Positions 17,602 through 24,148 of a stretch of 35,989 nucleotides of DNA are shown one piece after another. Position 1 is the first letter of the stretch, and every line of letters starts with the position of its first letter. Where the stretch lies: positions 1-35,989 of the forward strand of contig CAYWFA010000001.1 of the NCBI GenBank assembly GCA_964457815.1. The letters run 5' to 3'. The notes below the pieces were generated by a model that worked only from the letters and a program-made list of their open reading frames with translations, did not search any database and was not told the origin of the DNA. The position numbers and the translations under genes were made by a program. The DNA is from Candidatus Woesearchaeota archaeon (GTDB lineage Archaea > Nanobdellota > Nanobdellia > Pacearchaeales > GW2011-AR1).

Positions 17602-17837
17602 TTTTCTCCCTTTATTTGCCAAAGATTTATTCTTCCTACACGAAAGCCATTAATCCTGTTATTTATTTGAAGTCTTAGACAACGAGTTTGAATGGAATGC
17701 CAAGGTTTTTTAATTTCATCTGCAATTTCCTGGGTAGATTTTGGATTAACGGAGCTAGAAAGAGACTTGACTATTTCTAATTCTAACACATCCTCTTTTT
17801 TGCGATTAACCGTACGGTTAATCTTACTTTTAATCAT
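17598..17837 (-). CDS. Small winged-helix DNA-binding protein; its stop overlaps the ATG of the giant gene
   Basis: 79 aa. SVNPKSTQEIADEIKKPWHSIQTRCLRLQINNRINGFRVGRINLWQI fits helix-turn-helix plus wing. Its TGA stop overlaps the giant-gene ATG (ATGA, 17598-17601). Confidence 0.7.
   Translation of the reverse strand: MIKSKINRTVNRKKEDVLELEIVKSLSSSVNPKSTQEIADEIKKPWHSIQTRCLRLQINNRINGFRVGRINLWQIKGEK
17805..17822. promoter_or_regulatory. Perfect 18-bp palindrome attaaccgt|acggttaat, candidate operator
   Basis: Read directly from the sequence. It lies 15-32 nt downstream of the wHTH ATG (17837), inside codons 6-11. Confidence 0.35.
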
Positions 17838-17860
17838 ACTATATAACGCAAGAAGAATTG

Positions 17861-17869
17861 ATTTAAATA
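17861..17869 (-). promoter_or_regulatory. Candidate TATA box for the wHTH/giant-protein transcription unit
   Basis: The minus strand reads tatttaaat centred about 28 nt upstream of the ATG at 17837, consistent with a leaderless or short-leader archaeal mRNA. Confidence 0.35.
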
Positions 17870-17937
17870 CCTTTTGTATATTATTTATATTTCAATTGAT
17901 TTATAAGCCTAGGAAATAGTTGAAAAAGTATCTTTTT

Positions 17938-19311
17938 TTAAAAGATTTTAACTGTGAAAGGGCCTTTTTCGTTAACATAAGCAAAGTAATAAAAATAATT
18001 CTCGTCCTGCTCATAAAATGTTAAAGGAATCTCTTTTTCTCCTGAAAATACGTTGATTGATTTTTTCTTTTCTACTTTAAAGACAAGGAAAATCTTATCT
18101 ATATCCCCGGGAGGCAAATTTGTTAATATTTTAAAGGAATTTTCCTCTTTTTTTGCAGATTTTTTTGTTTCAAATTCCAAATAGGAATAAGAATTGAAAA
18201 TTTGTTTTTTTGGAAATATTGCAACTGTTTTAAGATAATCTTCTGTTGAATGTAAAATTATTGGATGGTCTTGGGAGCCCATTTGAACCACCGGGAAATT
18301 AAAATAACCTTTTGCAAAATGATTTGTCTTGTGAAAAGGAATAAATTTGAACCTGAAAAGAAGAACTTTGTTAATTGATTCTTTGTTTTCAATCCTCTGA
18401 TAGAATGGGTATTCCTGTTTAATAAAAGTTTCTGGACTTTTTAATGTGTAATTTGCTGTGAACTCCATTCTATTTGTTATGTTTTCTGTTAAAATATTGT
18501 GTGTGGAACTGAAATCCTTTGTTATGAAATAATTAAAAAATTTCCAATCAGATGGAAAATAAAATAAAAATTCTCCTGAAATATTGTGTGAGGCGTTAAA
18601 TGAGGAGGAAAAAATAATATTTTCGTTGGAAGGAACATAAAAATAATTTGGTTTTATTTTACATTTCTTACAAAAAACTTCCAAGTTAAAATTAAGATAA
18701 TCTAAATTGTAAAAAATTATCTTCTCGGAAATCTCTCTTGGGCCGTAAGCCGTAAAAATTATTTCGTTTTTTCCTTTGTCAAGGCTCATAGGAAACTCAA
18801 CAGTTGTACAATTTGTGCAAATATTTCCTTCTGAAAATCCTTCAGAAGAGTTTAAAGAATATTTCAAATTATTGTAATGTTCAGCAAGTGCGATATTTAA
18901 AATAATTGAAGATTGATTGACAAATATTTTTTCAATTGGAGAATTAATTGTTATTGCCTTCTGCAAATTCATCTGGGGGAATAAATCATATCCTTCTCCG
19001 GTTAGATACAAATTAACGGGTCCCGCAACAAATCCTGCATCCTGATCAAAAACCTCGGCAAAAATTTTTTTTCCAACAGAATAATTGAATGCGGGAAGTT
19101 CCTCTGTATCACAACAAAACTTGTTTTCTGGATTAATTTCACACTGGATAATTTTGGAATGATTCTCATCTGGATAAATAATAACTTTGGACCAGGAAGA
19201 TGAAAAATTCTGAGAATCGTTTACAAAACCGCAAACAAAATTGGAACTAACATGAGACAAACTAAAAAGAATAATAAAAAATACCGCCAAAAAAAGATAT
19301 CCCCTAGTCAT
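17938..19311 (-). CDS. Secreted Cys- and Asn-rich hypothetical protein
   Basis: 457 aa, ATG start, signal peptide MTRGYLFLAVFFIILFSLSHVSS. No TM anchor and no recognised domain. Lies 34 nt downstream of the HExxH membrane-protein gene. Confidence 0.75.
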   Translation of the reverse strand: MTRGYLFLAVFFIILFSLSHVSSNFVCGFVNDSQNFSSSWSKVIIYPDENHSKIIQCEINPENKFCCDTEELPAFNYSVGKKIFAEVFDQDAGFVAGPVNLYLTGEGYDLFPQMNLQKAITINSPIEKIFVNQSSIILNIALAEHYNNLKYSLNSSEGFSEGNICTNCTTVEFPMSLDKGKNEIIFTAYGPREISEKIIFYNLDYLNFNLEVFCKKCKIKPNYFYVPSNENIIFSSSFNASHNISGEFLFYFPSDWKFFNYFITKDFSSTHNILTENITNRMEFTANYTLKSPETFIKQEYPFYQRIENKESINKVLLFRFKFIPFHKTNHFAKGYFNFPVVQMGSQDHPIILHSTEDYLKTVAIFPKKQIFNSYSYLEFETKKSAKKEENSFKILTNLPPGDIDKIFLVFKVEKKKSINVFSGEKEIPLTFYEQDENYFYYFAYVNEKGPFTVKIF

Positions 19312-19345
19312 AGAAAATGAAAATTAACTGAGTATAAAAGATTTT

Positions 19346-20446
19346 CTAAACTCCAGTTAAATGAATAAATTCTTCTTCTGTTGTCCTGGATTTTGCAAGG
19401 ATGAGTATGCCTAAAATAATTATTGCTCCTCCGAACATTGAAAAGAAAGAAGACAAAACATTTGAAAATCCCAAATCTATGAAATCTTTGTAGGATATAA
19501 CTATATTGAATCCCAATATCAACAAAGAAATTTCTTTCATGAAAGTACCTCCTCCAAAAAAGAACAAGAAAGCAACAAGAACGGGAACAAAAATCCCCCC
19601 CAAAATTATTATACCTAGAGAATCTGGAGAATTGCCACATAGTATTTCGGTGTGGGGGAGGCTCCCTTCGTAAACAATCCTTTCCAAATCACAATCTGTG
19701 AAAAGTTTGGAAACAAAAAAATGTCCCGATTCATGAATAGCAATGGTCCCTATAAAAACAAAATTAGTTAAGATAACTATAAAAATAAAATATCGAATAA
19801 AATCAAATAGATAGTATTTTTTTTTAAAACTATGTTTTTTTTCGCTGGAAGAAAAAGGAATCTTTTTTAAATCTATTACAAAAAATAAAATAAATACAAA
19901 GAAAAACAAATTAGAAATTAAACTCATCAAAATTGAAGATTGATTTTTAAAGATAAGAATAACCTCCAATAAAAGTGAAATGGAACAGTAAAAAATTGCA
20001 AACTTAGAAATTCTTGCAAATTGGGGGATTGAAATTAACAAGATAAATAATATCATTATAAGCATTAAAGAAGAAATTAAAAGGAAGTTTGGAAAATTCC
20101 ATCCCATTAAAATTGAGAATATGAAAATTAAATAAATAAAAAGAAGGTAGAATATTTTCTTATTTTTTCTTATATTGTAAATTAGTATAAGAAGGAAGAT
20201 AGATTCAACAGATATTAAAATTGAATGAATGAATAAAAAATCTGAAGGATTATACGTAGTTACATTAAATACCACTAAAGAAAAAACTAAAGAATAAATC
20301 AAAAAAATGAATCCCATTAAAAACAATAAAAGGAATGCATTCCCTAATTTAGGATATTTCTTGTTATTTATTATAAAATTGAAAATTAAAAAGATTGCAA
20401 TTGCTAATGAAATTAAAGCATTTAACAAAAATAAAAAATTTATCAT
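19346..20446 (-). CDS. Polytopic membrane protein with HExxH motif (putative intramembrane zinc metalloprotease)
   Basis: 366 aa and hydrophobic throughout, with about 8-9 predicted TM segments. IAIHESGHFFVSK (HESGH encoded at 19721-19735) lies at the edge of a TM segment, as in M50/S2P-like proteases. The second (NxxPxxxxDG) motif was not recognised. Confidence 0.7.
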   Translation of the reverse strand: MINFLFLLNALISLAIAIFLIFNFIINNKKYPKLGNAFLLLFLMGFIFLIYSLVFSLVVFNVTTYNPSDFLFIHSILISVESIFLLILIYNIRKNKKIFYLLFIYLIFIFSILMGWNFPNFLLISSLMLIMILFILLISIPQFARISKFAIFYCSISLLLEVILIFKNQSSILMSLISNLFFFVFILFFVIDLKKIPFSSSEKKHSFKKKYYLFDFIRYFIFIVILTNFVFIGTIAIHESGHFFVSKLFTDCDLERIVYEGSLPHTEILCGNSPDSLGIIILGGIFVPVLVAFLFFFGGGTFMKEISLLILGFNIVISYKDFIDLGFSNVLSSFFSMFGGAIIILGILILAKSRTTEEEFIHLTGV

Positions 20447-20571
20447 CTTCTTAATAAACAGTTCTTAACGATTAAAAATAACTGATGTTCCATACAAAAA
20501 AAGGTTTAAAAGTATATTTAAATGTTTTTTAAAAATGAATAATAAGGGCAAAAAATAAAAAAAATGCGCCC

Positions 20572-21273
20572 TTATTCAAGTTCTACCCAAAAGTAGTATG
20601 TTGTTGGATTTGTATCTATTCCATGGCCGTCTTCAAGAACCATCATTTCAAAGTCGTGAGGGTTGTTATCAAAACCATCTGCATCATTTAATAAAAGAGA
20701 TGCAAAGATTATATTTGGACCATCTGTAAGCAAAACTTCATCAAATGTTCCCGTTCCCACGCTGTTATACAATTTTGTGCTATTACATAAGCCTGTAGTA
20801 AATTGTTTGTTGTTTGTGAAAAACTCTGCGTGATTGTTTAAATTAAATGTTTCATTCAATCCATCTGCATCAGCAGTAGAAATTCCAAACATGTTTTCAA
20901 AAAAAGTCATATTTGTAGGCTCATCATAACATTGAATACCTTCCCAAGCTACAGAAGAGGAATTAGATGCGTAAATTTCACCCTCTGGTGAAGCCAGAGA
21001 CCAATTGTACATAACATTATCTGAATTATCTGCCAACATAATTGTACCTGTAACGTTACCGAAATAACCTTGCCAAGACTGGGTTATCGAATAACCAGAA
21101 ATTGCAAGTTCTGTTATATTTCCTGCAATAGCAGAATCATTTCCTGCAGAAGTAACGTTAGCCCGTGAGCTTGTCAAGTTGGTCACGACAGCTCCATTAG
21201 GTAATGCAGACACCAATGAAGACAATATCAAGATTGTACAAAAAACCAATACAAAATTAATTATTTTTCTCAT
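20572..21273 (-). CDS. Secreted protein, paralog B of the SW-G-YFG/YDFEMLV/FWVELE family
   Basis: 233 aa. Signal ...LSSLVSA/LPNG. Core GYSITQSWQGYFGNVTGTIMLADNSDNVMYNWSLASPEGEIYAS. C-terminus HDFEMMVLEDGHGIDTNPTTYYFWVELE. GGAGGT lies 7 nt upstream of the ATG. Confidence 0.85.
   Translation of the reverse strand: MRKIINFVLVFCTILILSSLVSALPNGAVVTNLTSSRANVTSAGNDSAIAGNITELAISGYSITQSWQGYFGNVTGTIMLADNSDNVMYNWSLASPEGEIYASNSSSVAWEGIQCYDEPTNMTFFENMFGISTADADGLNETFNLNNHAEFFTNNKQFTTGLCNSTKLYNSVGTGTFDEVLLTDGPNIIFASLLLNDADGFDNNPHDFEMMVLEDGHGIDTNPTTYYFWVELE
20969..21134 (-). repeat. Conserved DNA segment R-B
   Basis: 155/166 identical to 9749-9914. Positions 20975-21097 are 121/123 identical to 22541-22663. 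Confidence 0.85.
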
Positions 21274-21892
21274 TTTGTTTACCTCCTTTCATCTCTATAA
21301 TTTTTTTTAAAAAAACAGGATTTTGGTAAATTGGAAAAAGAGAAGAAAAAGAAATATTATTTATTTCATTTAAAGAATAAAATTCAAGCTTAACACTGTT
21401 CTCTTGCTTTTTAGAAATATTTTCTATTGTTTGTTGGATTTTTTTATCTTCCAAAAATATGATTAAAGAAGAATTTGATTTTTTTATATCCGCAAAAATT
21501 GCATATATGCTCTTAAAGTTGTCTTTAACCTTATAAATAAACTCCTCTAGAAAGAATTGTGAAGATTTATTCTCCAAGAGCCAAATTTTAAAGATTGATT
21601 TTTGATAATCTTCTAAATCTAGATTTTTTTTCTCTCCAAAACCATTGGTAAGTAAAATTGAATAACAAATATCTTTTGAAATTGAAAAGAGATTCCTTGG
21701 TTTTCCTTTTTCAAAAGCACCCGTCTTTTCCTTGGAAACAATTTGAGCTGCTTCAAGCAATTTTAACTGCTGACTGATAAATGAAACTGTTGTTTTTGTT
21801 TTTTCTGCAATCTCAATTGGGGAGGAAGGCTTCTCCGAGATAATTTTGAGAATTTCCCACCTCGGAGATGCCAGAAAAGAATCAAGTTCCAT
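21257..21892 (-). CDS. ArsR-like winged-helix transcriptional regulator with C-terminal extension
   Basis: 211 aa. SPRWEILKIISEKPSSPIEIAEKTKTTVSFISQQLKLLEAAQIVSKEKTG...PRNLFSI is a typical ArsR/SmtB-type HTH. Its 3' end overlaps the paralog B start by 17 nt. Confidence 0.75.
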   Translation of the reverse strand: MELDSFLASPRWEILKIISEKPSSPIEIAEKTKTTVSFISQQLKLLEAAQIVSKEKTGAFEKGKPRNLFSISKDICYSILLTNGFGEKKNLDLEDYQKSIFKIWLLENKSSQFFLEEFIYKVKDNFKSIYAIFADIKKSNSSLIIFLEDKKIQQTIENISKKQENSVKLEFYSLNEINNISFSSLFPIYQNPVFLKKIIEMKGGKQNEKNN

Positions 21893-22062
21893 TAGTTAAT
21901 AGATATCTCAAAAGCTATTTAAATGTTTTGTTTAATTAATTAACTTAATTTTTTTACTAATGAGGGTAAAAAATTATAAAGGCTTATTAACTAAATAAAG
22001 TAAATAGTTAAATAGTTTATAAAAAATAAAGGGAATTTTATTTAAAATCTAAAAAAAAGAAA

Positions 22063-22851
22063 TTATTCTAATTCAATCCAAAAGTAATAAGTTGTTGTTT
22101 CCGTATCTGTTAAATGCCCGTTTTCAAGAACAAGCATTTCAAAATCATGGGGATTGTTATCAAAACCAAAAACATTTTCATTTAACAAAGAGGTAAATAT
22201 GATACTACGTGTAGTTGGTTCATATAAAAGAACTTCTTCAAATTTATTGTCTTCGCCTTGTCCAGAATTGGTGAAAACTTGAGTGTTTCTACATTCTCCT
22301 TCTGAAAAATTAAGATTATTTGTATAAAATGTATTATGGCCTGAACCTAAAAGGGTGAAGGTTTCGTTTACTCCATCCACATCATCATCAGCAATTCCAA
22401 ACATTGCTTCCAAAATTGTTAAATTGGTTCCATGTTGATTTGTATCTCCGGGAGTTTCTGCTCCAATGTAAGTTCCATCTGCGTCAAAATTAAAACATTG
22501 AACATCTGCCCAAGAAATTGAGTCATTTGTAGAAGCATAGATTTCACCCTCTGGTGAAGCCAGAGACCAATTGTACATAACATTATCTGAATTATCTGCC
22601 AACATAATTGTACCTGTAACATTACCAAAATAACCTTGCCAAGACTGGGTTATCGAATAACCAAATATACTTAGCTCCGTAACATTTCCCGCCAAAGCTG
22701 GAATACCTGTTGCGTCATCTGAATCTGCCCTGCTAGAGGATAAATTAACAACATTTGCTCCAAAGGGTTCAATTGCTAAAACCAAGGAAATGTTCAATAA
22801 AAATATTAGCACAGCAACGAAAAGTATTACTTGTTTCATCCTCTTTACCAT
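22063..22851 (-). CDS. Secreted protein, paralog C of the SW-G-YFG/YDFEMLV/FWVELE family
   Basis: The track ORF starts at a TTG (22866). The first ATGs are at 22851 (MVKRMKQ...) and 22839. Signal ...ISLVLA/IEPFG. Core GYSITQSWQGYFGNVTGTIMLADNSDNVMYNWSLASPEGEIYAS. C-terminus HDFEMLVLENGHLTDTETTTYYFWIELE. Confidence 0.85.
   Translation of the reverse strand: MVKRMKQVILFVAVLIFLLNISLVLAIEPFGANVVNLSSSRADSDDATGIPALAGNVTELSIFGYSITQSWQGYFGNVTGTIMLADNSDNVMYNWSLASPEGEIYASTNDSISWADVQCFNFDADGTYIGAETPGDTNQHGTNLTILEAMFGIADDDVDGVNETFTLLGSGHNTFYTNNLNFSEGECRNTQVFTNSGQGEDNKFEEVLLYEPTTRSIIFTSLLNENVFGFDNNPHDFEMLVLENGHLTDTETTTYYFWIELE
22535..22663 (-). repeat. Conserved DNA segment R-C
   Basis: Positions 22541-22663 are 121/123 identical to 20975-21097. 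Similarity drops sharply outside this segment. Confidence 0.85.
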
Positions 22852-22895
22852 CGATAAAATAAACAAAAAGAGCTTTATAATTCTTTCTTTTTTAA

Positions 22896-23765
22896 TTAAT
22901 TTATTTCTCCTAATAGAGTTTTAAGTCTTTCAATGTCCCTTGATAAAGGGCTCTTTTTCTGTATTTCTTTTAAAGCTTCTGTGTATTTTTGAACTTTGTC
23001 TAAAACTTTATCCAACTCTTCTTTTTCCGCAAAATTCAAGATCTTTGTTTTTAAATTATCTACGTCTTTTGAGTTTTGTTCTATATTTGCCTTAGATTCT
23101 TGAAGCTGAGAATTAAAAGTATCTAAATCTTGTATTTTCTTTCTCATTTCGCTGTAAATTGTTTGGACTTTATCTGTTTGGATATTGATTGTTCCTTCTA
23201 TCTTTTTTATTCCAATGAGTTCTTTTTTTATTTCTTCGCTAAGTTTAATTATTTCTTCTATTCCTCTGAAAAAGCTCATTTTACGCCGTGTTTCTTTTAG
23301 TTCTTCCATAACTTGGTCCAATATAGCTTCATTTCCTTCAAGATTTGCTTTGAGTGCTTCTATTTTAACGTTCTGCCTTTCTAAATCCATCATGAATTTA
23401 TCCGGTTTTATTGATTCTACCAAATCAATGGCTTTTATAGATTTCAGCTCCATTGTTTGAATTGTTCTATCTCTATCAAGAATCATTGATCTCAATTCTC
23501 CAATCTGTTCGCTTACCCTTGTAAATCTTTCTGTGAATGATTTCCTTACTTCTTGAAAAGCTTCTTGGCTTGCTTTCAACTTGTCTATTTCTGTAGATAA
23601 TTTAAGAATATTTTGGGAATCTGAAGAAACAGAAGAAACAATTGGTTTTTCTTCCTGAGGAGGTTTTGAAACTTGCTCTTTATTTTCTTCTATGTTTTCA
23701 CTACTTGGATCCGTTTCTTCTTGATTTTCACTTTCTTTTTTCTTTGATTTCAAAAAATCAAACAT
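22896..23765 (-). CDS. Coiled-coil protein with acidic low-complexity N-terminus
   Basis: 289 aa, ATG start. MFDFLKSKKKESENQEETDPSSENIEENKEQ, then about 230 aa of heptad-like K/E/L/I-rich sequence. No TM segment. Confidence 0.7.
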   Translation of the reverse strand: MFDFLKSKKKESENQEETDPSSENIEENKEQVSKPPQEEKPIVSSVSSDSQNILKLSTEIDKLKASQEAFQEVRKSFTERFTRVSEQIGELRSMILDRDRTIQTMELKSIKAIDLVESIKPDKFMMDLERQNVKIEALKANLEGNEAILDQVMEELKETRRKMSFFRGIEEIIKLSEEIKKELIGIKKIEGTINIQTDKVQTIYSEMRKKIQDLDTFNSQLQESKANIEQNSKDVDNLKTKILNFAEKEELDKVLDKVQKYTEALKEIQKKSPLSRDIERLKTLLGEIN

Positions 23766-24081
23766 TGGATATCTCCTCTTCTAGCTTATTTAACAAAGAA
23801 TCTATTTTTTTAAAATCTTTCTCATTGAAACCTGTACGTAATAAAAGTATCTTGGAATGAATTATATGGGATTTTGAAGAAAGTAACCTTTTAATCTTTT
23901 TTTCTTTTATTTTTTTTATTTTTAAATCTAAATTTAATTGTTTTAATTTTAACTCTGAAATAAGAGAATTTTGAAGAACGTCTAATCTTTCATTTTTATC
24001 TTTTATCTTGTTTATTTTTTTATGCTTTTTTTTATCAATAAACGAAGAAGATATCTTCTTTAACCTCTTTAATTTTTCCAT
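23758..24081 (-). CDS. Small Lys-rich coiled-coil protein
   Basis: 107 aa, ATG start. Its 3' end overlaps the start of the next gene by 8 nt. Lies immediately downstream of the 1120-aa ATPase gene. Confidence 0.55.
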   Translation of the reverse strand: MEKLKRLKKISSSFIDKKKHKKINKIKDKNERLDVLQNSLISELKLKQLNLDLKIKKIKEKKIKRLLSSKSHIIHSKILLLRTGFNEKDFKKIDSLLNKLEEEISNV

Positions 24082-24148
24082 AAATAAAATAAATGAATCT
24101 GGTTTTTATCTCTTTTGTTTTTAAATTATTAAATACAACTAACAAAAT

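Noticed and set aside
17602-17622. Longer start (MANKGRK) for the giant gene, and similar TTG-initiated track starts at 22866 and 858
   Set aside because: These first codons are TTG. Downstream ATGs have better context (AAGGGAGA plus the ATGA overlap at 17601; ATGs at 22851/22839 and 819). The ATG starts were preferred, though the TTG starts cannot be excluded.
19308-19640. 110-aa minus-strand ORF overlapping the 3' end of the HExxH membrane-protein gene
   Set aside because: It is out of frame with and almost fully inside the 366-aa ORF. It has no membrane-protein or other features. The true downstream gene (17938-19311) starts at its own ATG.
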